Source: Desulfobulbaceae bacterium
GTDB lineage: Bacteria > Desulfobacterota > Desulfobulbia > Desulfobulbales > SURF-16
NCBI GenBank assembly: GCA_002868945.1
Contig: PKTX01000008.1
Location: 48,474-112,473, forward strand
Direction of reading: 5' to 3'
DNA length: 64,000 nucleotides
In this document: piece by piece, positions 46,965 to 54,681 of the stretch
Layout: each line of letters starts with the position of its first letter
How positions within the stretch are numbered: position 1 is the stretch's first letter
Notes under the pieces: generated by a model
Databases searched by the model: none
Seen by the model: only the letters and a program-made list of their open reading frames with translations
Told to the model about the DNA's origin: nothing
Program-made: the position numbers and the translations under genes

Positions 46965-48644
46965 TTATCGCTTTGTCAATTTGCCCAACACCTTGTCCAC
47001 GGCCAGGGACTGTTTCATGGAGGCGTCCAGAAAGTCCCGGGTCAGGTAGGTGCGGCTCCGGTCGATCTGGTCGCAGAGGTTGTCAATCTCCTCTTTTTCC
47101 GCCATTTCCATGATCTTCAGGATATTTTCGGCAAAGCTGCGGACGATCTTGCGGCCTTCGCCCTTGGTGGACATGATCTCGGCGTAGGTCCGCGGGTTCT
47201 GGTTGTGGACACGGGCCATGGCCAGGATGGAGTAGAGCGAGGTGAGGGTGGCGTGGCTGGGGATATCGGCCATCTTGATATTGTTGTCGGCCAGGGCCAT
47301 GGCCAGGGCCACGGAAATGGTGGTGGGCAGTTTCTGGCCGACGCCCATGAGCAGGTCATGCTTCTGGGGTGAGTCATGATAGATGGCGGCGCCATGCTTG
47401 TAGAGAAAGGCCTCGAACTCGGAGCAGAGCGCGCCGCTGCGCGGCGTCCGGACCACCGAGGCGTTCTTGTCCTTCATGGTCAGGGCCGCCGGTCCCCAGA
47501 GGTTATGGACCAGCATGAGCTCGACGCCGGCACTGGTATGCTCCATGGCGGTCTGCAGCGGGGCTTCCGCCTCGCCGGCCAGCAGGATGAGGGCCTGGCC
47601 ATCCTTGAGAAATTTACCGTATCGGGCAATGGTGGCCGAGGTGAAGCTGATCGGTACGCAGATCAGCACCACATCCACCCGGGCGATCATCTCCTCGGGC
47701 CGCAGCGCCGTGGAACGACCGGCAAGCAGGGTCTCGTACCCCTCGCTCTCCAGTTTTCCGGCAAACCAGGTGGACATGTCGCCGGTGCCGATAAAGCCGA
47801 AGGTCTTGATGCGCTTGATCCGCATGTCAACGCGCGGGTAAGAGCCGAGAATCTTCAGGCAGTCGTTTTCCTGGACAATGTCATGCTCGATGCTCTCCAG
47901 GGCCTCGATGAGGATCTTGTCCCGGTAGTGGCCTTCCGCCTCGATGAAGATCTGCAGCTCCTGGGTCTTGGCGTCCGATTCGGCCCGCATGTCAAGAATG
48001 TTGATGCCGCGCTGGGTAAAGGCGCCCAATGTATCAAAGAGCATGCCCACCCGGTCCTTGAGGGGTACGGTGAGAATGGAGGTGGCGTCGTAACCGGTGG
48101 CCTCTCCGGGGCTGCGGCCGATGACGGCATAGCGCGTCTTGTTGTGGGGGGCAATTTCCCGCTCGCGGATATTGAGCCCCTGCTCCTTGAGGAGCGCTTC
48201 GGCCTCGATGACCCCGTAGTCAAGACGGTTGGCGGCCTTGATCTCAGCCAGGGCCTCGGCAAAGTTGGTGACCGTGAGCAGGGAGATGTCGGGGTAGCTC
48301 TCAGTGAGATAATCCTCACACTGGTGCATGACCTGCACCGTGGCCATGATCACCTTGAGCTGGTCGCTGCCGTTTAAGGTGCCCAGGGAAAGGTGAATGG
48401 GCTGAACGATATTGTCGAGCCAGTAGCCCTCTCTCATTCTTTCCATCACCTGAAAGGACTTGAGCACGCCGCCCATGCGGGTATTGTAGACCGGCAGGAT
48501 CATCATCTCCACCTCGTGCTCTGCAAAGGCACGGGCCAGGGCGGTGTGGTGGGGAAAGCTGATCAGTTCTGCCTCCGGCCGGTAGCCGTGGGCCGCCTGC
48601 CAGGTATTTGAGCCCTGTGGGCCGATAATGCCGATTGTTGTCAT
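46965..48644 (-). CDS. Fused prephenate dehydratase (PDT + ACT) / prephenate dehydrogenase (TyrA-like)
   Basis: 559 aa. The N-terminal PDT region (IGIIGPQGSNTWQAA) is followed by an ACT region (TSILTVPLKDRVGMLFDTLGAFTQRGINILDM). The C-terminal half has a Rossmann motif FGFIGTGDMS plus VHNLWGP, SPQKHD and NQNPRTYAEI, as in prephenate/arogenate dehydrogenases. Confidence 0.8.
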   Translation of the reverse strand: MTTIGIIGPQGSNTWQAAHGYRPEAELISFPHHTALARAFAEHEVEMMILPVYNTRMGGVLKSFQVMERMREGYWLDNIVQPIHLSLGTLNGSDQLKVIMATVQVMHQCEDYLTESYPDISLLTVTNFAEALAEIKAANRLDYGVIEAEALLKEQGLNIREREIAPHNKTRYAVIGRSPGEATGYDATSILTVPLKDRVGMLFDTLGAFTQRGINILDMRAESDAKTQELQIFIEAEGHYRDKILIEALESIEHDIVQENDCLKILGSYPRVDMRIKRIKTFGFIGTGDMSTWFAGKLESEGYETLLAGRSTALRPEEMIARVDVVLICVPISFTSATIARYGKFLKDGQALILLAGEAEAPLQTAMEHTSAGVELMLVHNLWGPAALTMKDKNASVVRTPRSGALCSEFEAFLYKHGAAIYHDSPQKHDLLMGVGQKLPTTISVALAMALADNNIKMADIPSHATLTSLYSILAMARVHNQNPRTYAEIMSTKGEGRKIVRSFAENILKIMEMAEKEEIDNLCDQIDRSRTYLTRDFLDASMKQSLAVDKVLGKLTKR

Positions 48645-48991
48645 GACTGGAATTCTTCTCTGCTGATAAAAGGCTGGGCCTGTCTGAAGGTATCTTTTCT
48701 ATGGTTTGTTATGTAGTGGTTTCCGGCCCTCTGGTCAAGATGAAAGGGCCGCCCTGCCGCTTTGATGGAGGATTTTCACACAATGACCGGTATGCGCCAC
48801 CATGGCAGAAAAATATGCCGCGTGCCACCAAAAGGTCTGCCAATCCGGCATGTCGGGAGGCAGCACATTCATACCATCGGCACTTGACATGGGAGAGGAG
48901 AGCTGTGCACCATGGACAAGGTGTCAATAGCTTTTGGGAGAAAAGGAGAGTGAGAAGTGCATACTAATCTCAGACTCTAAGGAGAAAAACC

Positions 48992-49387
48992 ATGAGCAGC
49001 ATAGGAGAAAGTTTTCAGACCGCAGATTGGCAGAACGAAAAGCACGTCCCTGTTATTGATTGCCCCGATTCCGTGGGCGCCGGTGAGCCCTTTGGCGTGG
49101 AGATCGCCATTGGCAAGGAAATAGCTCACCCCAACACCACCGAGCACCACATTCGCTGGATTCAGCTCTACTTCCGCCCCGAAGGCGGCAAATCCGTTTA
49201 TCAGGTAGGCCACTATGAGTTTTCCGGTCACGGCGAGTCCCCGCAAGGAGCCAACCAAGGGCCGGTTTACACCCACCATGGTGTGACCACCACCGTCTCT
49301 CTCAACACTCCCGGCACCCTCATTGCCACCTCGCTGTGCAATATCCACGGCCTGTGGGAGTCCAGCAAAGAAGTTTCAGTAGGCTAA
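48992..49387 (+). CDS. Superoxide reductase (neelaredoxin-type, single domain)
   Basis: AAGGAGAAAA SD. Motifs are EKHVPVI, HPNTTEHHIRWI and CNIHGLWE (iron ligands). 131 aa with no N-terminal desulforedoxin domain. Confidence 0.88.
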   Translation: MSSIGESFQTADWQNEKHVPVIDCPDSVGAGEPFGVEIAIGKEIAHPNTTEHHIRWIQLYFRPEGGKSVYQVGHYEFSGHGESPQGANQGPVYTHHGVTTTVSLNTPGTLIATSLCNIHGLWESSKEVSVG

Positions 49388-49392
49388 ATATC

Positions 49393-49418
49393 GCCGCCCT
49401 TCGGGGCGGTATTTTCTT
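49393..49418 (+). terminator. Intrinsic terminator after the superoxide reductase gene
   Basis: CCGCCC-TTCG-GGGCGG stem with a UUCG tetraloop, followed by TATTTTCTT. Confidence 0.65.
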
Positions 49419-49531
49419 GGGACAATCCGTTCGCGGCCACCACAGACAGACGCCGTATTGTTGTTTTCTCATGGACCCGCGGCATGATTGACTTGCCCGG
49501 GCGCCTGAAATTTTTCCCAGGTAAAATTGTA

Positions 49532-51625
49532 ATGGCTCACCACGACCAGCATACAGGACATGACGCCCATGGCCATGATAAGCAGTCCGGCCTCGGACAT
49601 AGCCATGCCGAACATAAGGAGCATGGCGGCGATCACCAGGGCCACGGCCAACACGGCGGCCACCAGAATCATCATGCCATGATGGTGGCTGATTTTAAAC
49701 GCCGTTTTTGGATCTCCCTGGTGCTGGCCCTGCCCATCTTCCTGCTGTCGCCTCTGCTGCAGGGGCTTCTGGGGGTTGAGGAGGCCTGGAGTTTTCCCGG
49801 CGATCGCTATCTGCAGTTCGGCCTGTCCACCTTGGTCTTTTTTTATGGCGGCTGGCCCTTTCTGACCGGCCTCGTTGCTGAACTCAAAAAGAAACAGCCG
49901 GGCATGATGACCCTGATCGCCGTGGCGGTGGGGGTGGCCTATCTCTACAGTTCAGCAGTGGTGTTTGGCCTGCCCGGCAAGATATTTTTCTGGGAGCTGG
50001 CCTCGTTGATCGTCATCATGCTGCTGGGCCACTGGTTTGAGATGCGCTCGGTGATGGGGGCCTCCGGCGCCCTGGAGGAGTTGATCAAACTCATGCCGTC
50101 CGAGGCCCATCGCCTCACCGACAGCGGCCAGACCGAGGATGTGCCGGTGACCGAGCTGCGGGCCGACGACAAGGTGCTGGTCAAACCGGGTGAAAAGATC
50201 CCCATCGACGGCACCATCACCGAGGGCACCACCTCGGTGAACGAGGCCATGCTCACCGGCGAAAGCAGGCCGGTGACAAAGGGAGAGGGCGATCAGGTCA
50301 TTGGCGGCGCGGTCAACGGCGAGGCCGCCATTACCGTGCAGGTGGAAAAGACCGGCAAGGAGACCTATCTCTCACAGATCGTCGATATCGTCCAGAAGGC
50401 CCAGGAGTCGCGTTCGCGCAGCCAGGACCTGGCCAATCGAGCCGCCTTCTGGCTCACCATCCTGGCCCTTTCGGTGGGCGCCCTTACCCTGGCGGCCTGG
50501 CTCAGCTTTGGCAAGGAGTTTGTCTTTTCCCTGGAACGTATGGTGACGGTGATGGTGATCACCTGTCCCCATGCCCTGGGCCTGGCCGTTCCCCTGGTGG
50601 TGGCCGTATCCACCTCCATGGCAGCCGGCCACGGTTTGCTGATCCGCAACCGCTCCGCCTTTGAACGGGCCCGTAATCTCAATGCGGTCATCTTTGACAA
50701 GACCGGCACCCTCACCGAGGGCCGCTTCGGGGTCAGTGATATCATTACCCTGGCCGCTGACAGTGAGGAGGAGGTGCTGCGTCTTGCCGCCAGCCTGGAG
50801 AGCCGGTCCGAACACCCCATTGCCCAGGGCATTGTCGCCGAGGCTGAAAAGCGGGAGATATCCACCTCGGCGCCTGACGATTTCCAGGCCATCACCGGCC
50901 AGGGGGCCAAGGCCCGGGTGGAGGATCGCTCTATTCTGGTGGTCAGTCCTGGCTATCTCGATGACAACGCCATTGACTACGATGAGAACAGGCTTGCCGA
51001 GCTTGATCGCGAGGGCAAGACCCTGGTCTTTGTTGTGGAGAACGACCAGGCCTTAGGCGCCATTGCCCTGGCCGACATCATCCGTGAGGAATCACGCCAG
51101 ACCGTGGCCCAGTTCAAGGAGGCGGGCATCCGGGTGATCATGCTCACCGGCGACGCCGAAACCGTGGCCCGGTGGGTGGCCCGGGAGCTTGATCTTGATG
51201 ACTACTATGCCGAGGTCCTGCCCGATCAGAAGGCGGAAAAGGTGCGCCAGGTCAGGGAGAAGTACGGCGTGGTCGCCATGGTGGGTGACGGCGTCAACGA
51301 TGCGCCGGCCCTGGTGGAGGCCGAGGTGGGTATTGCCATCGGCGCCGGCACGGACGTGGCCATTGAGGCCGCCGATATTGTCCTGGTGCGCTCCAACCCG
51401 GGCGATGCCCTGGCCATTGTCAAGCTGGCCCGGGCCACCTACCGCAAGATGATCCAGAACCTCTGGTGGGCCACGGGCTATAATGCCATTGCCATCCCCC
51501 TGGCCGCCGGGGTGCTCTACCCGGTGGGTATTCTGATGCCGCCGGCGGTCGGCGCCCTGATCATGTCGCTGTCCACCATTATTGTTGCCATCAACGCCAA
51601 GATGCTGCAGAAGCTGGAGCTCTAG
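49532..51625 (+). CDS. copB: CopB-type copper-translocating P1B-ATPase with His-rich N-terminus
   Basis: His-rich N-terminus MAHHDQHTGHDAHGHD...HQNHH, TM motif CPH (VITCPHALGLAVP), phosphorylation site DKTGTLT, and GDGVNDAP. Confidence 0.9.
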   Translation: MAHHDQHTGHDAHGHDKQSGLGHSHAEHKEHGGDHQGHGQHGGHQNHHAMMVADFKRRFWISLVLALPIFLLSPLLQGLLGVEEAWSFPGDRYLQFGLSTLVFFYGGWPFLTGLVAELKKKQPGMMTLIAVAVGVAYLYSSAVVFGLPGKIFFWELASLIVIMLLGHWFEMRSVMGASGALEELIKLMPSEAHRLTDSGQTEDVPVTELRADDKVLVKPGEKIPIDGTITEGTTSVNEAMLTGESRPVTKGEGDQVIGGAVNGEAAITVQVEKTGKETYLSQIVDIVQKAQESRSRSQDLANRAAFWLTILALSVGALTLAAWLSFGKEFVFSLERMVTVMVITCPHALGLAVPLVVAVSTSMAAGHGLLIRNRSAFERARNLNAVIFDKTGTLTEGRFGVSDIITLAADSEEEVLRLAASLESRSEHPIAQGIVAEAEKREISTSAPDDFQAITGQGAKARVEDRSILVVSPGYLDDNAIDYDENRLAELDREGKTLVFVVENDQALGAIALADIIREESRQTVAQFKEAGIRVIMLTGDAETVARWVARELDLDDYYAEVLPDQKAEKVRQVREKYGVVAMVGDGVNDAPALVEAEVGIAIGAGTDVAIEAADIVLVRSNPGDALAIVKLARATYRKMIQNLWWATGYNAIAIPLAAGVLYPVGILMPPAVGALIMSLSTIIVAINAKMLQKLEL

Positions 51626-51675
51626 GGCCGGGAGCTGGCCGATCCGGTGAACGAGGCGCTTTTTTGTTTGCAAGA

Positions 51676-51700
51676 CGTTATATCTTTTTGTATATATCGA
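51676..51700. promoter_or_regulatory. ModE-type operator (TATAT-N7-TATAT) abutting the modE-like start codon
   Basis: CGTTATAT-CTTTTTG-TATATATCGA. It matches the E. coli ModE consensus TATAT-N7-TAYAT and is nearly identical to the second box at 52123-52147. Confidence 0.6.
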
Positions 51701-51703
51701 AAC

Positions 51704-52078
51704 ATGAAGAAACATGGCGCGGCAAAAAAGCGGCAGGTCATCCCTGGTTATGCCTGCAAGGCCCGAATCTGGATCGAAAACAGCGGCGAGACCTTCCTGG
51801 GCGTCGGTCGGGTCGTGCTGCTGGAGCGCATCCGGGAGTACGGCTCCATCTCGGCGGCGGCCCGTTCCATGCAGATGTCCTACAAGCACGCCTGGGATCT
51901 CATTGATTCCATGAATCGCCAGGCCAAGACACCGCTGGTGGCAACGAGCAAGGGCGGCAAGGGCGGTGGTGGCGCCCGACTCACCGAGGCCGGTGAGCAG
52001 GCCACGCGCCATTTTGCCGAGCTGCAGAAGAAGCTGGCTGCTTTTCTGGCGCGGCAAAGCAAAAATCTGCCCTGGTAA
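51704..52078 (+). CDS. modE: ModE-like molybdate-responsive regulator, HTH domain only (no Mop domains)
   Basis: GSISAAARSMQMSYKHAWDLIDSMN and SKGGKGGGGARLTEAG closely parallel the N-terminal domain of E. coli ModE. At 124 aa it lacks the C-terminal di-Mop molybdate-binding region. The start is uncertain (no SD). Confidence 0.8.
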   Translation: MKKHGAAKKRQVIPGYACKARIWIENSGETFLGVGRVVLLERIREYGSISAAARSMQMSYKHAWDLIDSMNRQAKTPLVATSKGGKGGGGARLTEAGEQATRHFAELQKKLAAFLARQSKNLPW

Positions 52079-52082
52079 GCAG

Positions 52083-52113
52083 AGCGGCTTTGGCGGCAGA
52101 CGGCCGCTTTTTT
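52083..52113 (+). terminator. Probable intrinsic terminator after modE
   Basis: AGCGGC...GCCGCT stem followed by T6. Confidence 0.5.
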
Positions 52114-52122
52114 CAGGCGATG

Positions 52123-52147
52123 CGTTATGTTTGTGCGTATATATCGA
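52123..52147. promoter_or_regulatory. Second ModE-type operator upstream of modA
   Basis: CGTTATGT-TTGTGCG-TATATATCGA (TATGT-N7-TATAT), 204 nt upstream of the modA ATG. Confidence 0.55.
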
Positions 52148-52274
52148 TGAGGTGGTTAAGGTTACCTTTTGGTAGCTTTTCTGACAGAAGTGCAACAGGG
52201 AAGGCAAGCGGGGCTGGCAGGCAAAATCGGCCCGGCAGGCCATGGGATCGTCCTGGCGCCCTTGGCGCCTGGTA

Positions 52275-52289
52275 TGGCACGAATCATGC
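52275..52289 (+). promoter_or_regulatory. Candidate sigma-54 promoter upstream of modA
   Basis: TGGCACG-AATC-ATGC has correct -24/-12 spacing with one mismatch (ATGC for TTGC). It lies 62 nt upstream of the modA ATG. No enhancer-binding protein gene lies nearby. Confidence 0.35.
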
Positions 52290-52350
52290 CTGAAGTAAAG
52301 CGATAGAAGATGTTTTCTGAAAGCTTATGTCGGCAAAAGGAGAAACAAAT

Positions 52351-53115
52351 ATGCAGCTTCATAAATATGTAATGGCCCTGAGCCTGCTCATAAGTGTACT
52401 GCTGGCCTCAGGGGCAGCGGCCGGCCAGGTGCGGCTCTCGGCGGCAGCCAGTATGACCGATGCCGTCAAGGAGCTTATGGCAACCTATGGCCGGGAGCAG
52501 CCCGGCGTCACCATCCTGGCCAACTTTGCCTCATCCGGTTCCCTGGCCAAGCAGATCGCCGCCGGTGCCCCGGCGGATCTCTATATATCGGCCAACCGGA
52601 AATGGATGGACTATCTCCTTGAGCAGGGCGTCATTGACCGCCAGTCGGTGGCCATCTTTGCCCATAACAGGCTGGTCTTTATCGGCCCGGCCAATGACAC
52701 GGTTCACGAATTGGCTGACTTGGTCACCCTTGAGCGGATCGCCCTGGGCAGCCCGGGCAGTGTGCCGGCCGGTCACTATGCGGCCCAGGCCATGACAGCC
52801 GCAGGTGTCTACCAGGAGCTCAAACAGGCCCATAAGCTGATGCTGGCCAAGGATGTGCGCCAGGCCCTGATCTATGCCGAACGCGGCGAGGTGGATGGCG
52901 CTTTTGTCTATGGTACCGATGCCCGGCTGGCCCGCCGGGCGGTGTCCCTTTTTGGCGTGCCCGGTGGGCTGCATGATCCCATCAGCTACCCCCTGGCACT
53001 CACCGTAAGGGGCGCTGAAAACGATGAGGCCCGCGCCTTGCTGGACTATCTCAAGGGCCCGGTCGCCCGGGCCATTCTCAAAAAATATGGGTTTGTCACC
53101 GAGGCAAGCCGCTAA
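52351..53115 (+). CDS. modA: Molybdate ABC transporter substrate-binding protein
   Basis: AAAGGAGAAA SD and a signal peptide. ModA-like motifs are AAASMTDA, FASSGSLAKQI and GSVPAGHYA. It sits with modB and modC. Confidence 0.9.
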   Translation: MQLHKYVMALSLLISVLLASGAAAGQVRLSAAASMTDAVKELMATYGREQPGVTILANFASSGSLAKQIAAGAPADLYISANRKWMDYLLEQGVIDRQSVAIFAHNRLVFIGPANDTVHELADLVTLERIALGSPGSVPAGHYAAQAMTAAGVYQELKQAHKLMLAKDVRQALIYAERGEVDGAFVYGTDARLARRAVSLFGVPGGLHDPISYPLALTVRGAENDEARALLDYLKGPVARAILKKYGFVTEASR

Positions 53116-53133
53116 ATCTGAGAGCAAAAAGAG

Positions 53134-53814
53134 ATGATCTCCCTGAGCCCCCAGGACATCCAGGCCATTGTCCTGTCAATTAAGGTGGCCACTGCCGCCA
53201 CCCTCTTTTCCCTGCCCTTTGGCTTTGCAGCCGCTTATGTCCTGGTCTTTACCAAAATGCCGGGGCGGGCCTTGCTGGAGGGGGTGGTCAATCTACCCCT
53301 GGTGCTGCCGCCGGTGGTGATCGGTTATCTGCTTCTTCTGCTCTTTGGTCGGTCAGGCGCTCTGGGACCACTGCTTGGTTTTTTTGATCTGCGTATCGTC
53401 TTTCACCTCAAGGGAGCGGTGATCGCCTCTGCCGTGGTGGGTTTCCCGCTGCTGGTGCGTTCCATCCGCCTCGGCATGGATGGTATTGATCACCACTACC
53501 TGCAGGCGGCCCGTACCTTGGGGGCACGCTGGTGGGACAGGCTCTACTCCATTATCCTGCCGCTTTCGGGTCGGGCCATCCTGGCCGGCATGACCCTGAT
53601 GTTTGCCCGCAGCCTCGGCGAATTCGGTGCCACCATCATCCTGGCCGGCAATATTCCGGGGGTGACCCAGACCATTCCCCTGGCCATTTATGAATATACC
53701 AATACACCGGGCGGTGACCGCATGGCGCTGTCGCTTTGTCTGGTCTCCATTGCGCTTTCCTTTGTGGTGCTGTTGGTCAGCGAGGCCTCGGCCCGTTCCA
53801 TGAAAAAGGGGTAG
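53134..53814 (+). CDS. modB: Molybdate ABC transporter permease
   Basis: 226 aa with five or more TM segments and the EAA-loop region ARTLGARWWDRLYSIILP. Confidence 0.9.
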   Translation: MISLSPQDIQAIVLSIKVATAATLFSLPFGFAAAYVLVFTKMPGRALLEGVVNLPLVLPPVVIGYLLLLLFGRSGALGPLLGFFDLRIVFHLKGAVIASAVVGFPLLVRSIRLGMDGIDHHYLQAARTLGARWWDRLYSIILPLSGRAILAGMTLMFARSLGEFGATIILAGNIPGVTQTIPLAIYEYTNTPGGDRMALSLCLVSIALSFVVLLVSEASARSMKKG

Positions 53815-53817
53815 GAT

Positions 53818-54540
53818 ATGTTGTTGCAGATGGATATCAAAAAGAGGTTTGCTGATTTTGAGCTGCAAGTCAACTGTGAGTTGGCCGCGGGAAAATGCGG
53901 TGTGTTCGGGCCGTCGGGCAGCGGCAAATCCACCCTCATGCACATCCTGGCCGGTCTGTTGTCGCCTGATGAGGGTCGCATTGTCCTGGATGAGACCATT
54001 CTTTTTGACAGTGATGCCGGAATAAACCTGCCGCCGCAGCAGCGCCGCATCGGCGTGGTCTTCCAGCAGGCCCACCTCTTTCCGCACATGAATGTGCGTG
54101 GCAACCTCCTCTATGGTTGGCAGCGGACCGCCGTGGCCCGGCGCCAGGGAACGCCGGAGGCCATTATCGAGGTGTTGGGCCTGTCTCCTCTCCTGGAGCG
54201 TCGCGTCACCAGCCTGTCCGGCGGTGAGCGGCAGCGCGTCGCCCTTGGCCGTGCCATGTTGGCCTGTCCCCGCCTCATCCTGATGGATGAACCTCTCAAC
54301 GGCCTGGATCAGGAGTTGAAGCTGCAGATCATTGCCTACCTGGATCGGGTGCTGACCGAGTTCGGCATGCCGCTGCTCTTTATCAGTCACTCCCTGCAGG
54401 AGATGGAGCTGATGACCGATGAGGTCCTTGTACTGGGGCAGGGCACGGTCCAACAGCATCTGAACACCGACGAGCTGCTGCGCCCGGAACAGCGTGGCCT
54501 GTTTTCGAATGGGGCGCCGAGCCTCGTGGCCTGTTCTTGA
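53818..54540 (+). CDS. modC: Molybdate ABC transporter ATP-binding protein lacking the C-terminal TOBE domain
   Basis: Walker A GPSGSGKST, signature LSGGERQRV and Walker B LILMDEP. At 240 aa it is much shorter than the roughly 350 aa of TOBE-containing ModC. Confidence 0.85.
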   Translation: MLLQMDIKKRFADFELQVNCELAAGKCGVFGPSGSGKSTLMHILAGLLSPDEGRIVLDETILFDSDAGINLPPQQRRIGVVFQQAHLFPHMNVRGNLLYGWQRTAVARRQGTPEAIIEVLGLSPLLERRVTSLSGGERQRVALGRAMLACPRLILMDEPLNGLDQELKLQIIAYLDRVLTEFGMPLLFISHSLQEMELMTDEVLVLGQGTVQQHLNTDELLRPEQRGLFSNGAPSLVACS

Positions 54541-54545
54541 CAAAA

Positions 54546-54564
54546 GGCATCTTGAATAGATGCC
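54546..54564. terminator. Palindromic hairpin between convergent modC and the BCCT gene
   Basis: GGCATCT-TGAAT-AGATGCC. On the minus strand it is followed by TTTTG. It contains the ATCTTGAATA motif. Confidence 0.45.
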
Positions 54565-54681
54565 CTTGTTGTCGATAAAGAGGTCATTGCGGAGAGTTGC
54601 AGACACCCTGTCCTCCTCCGGGGCACCTGTCCCTAGCGAATCTCCACGCCGTGCCTTACATGTTCATCGCTCACAGGGGTG

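Noticed and set aside
49472-49487. Sigma-54 promoter upstream of copB (GGCATGATTGACTTGC).
   Set aside because: The GG-to-GC spacing is 2 nt longer than the canonical -24/-12 distance.
52148-52350. Moco riboswitch in the long modA leader.
   Set aside because: I could not recognise the multi-helix conserved core by eye. The region is better explained by a ModE-type box plus a candidate promoter. A covariance-model scan would be decisive.
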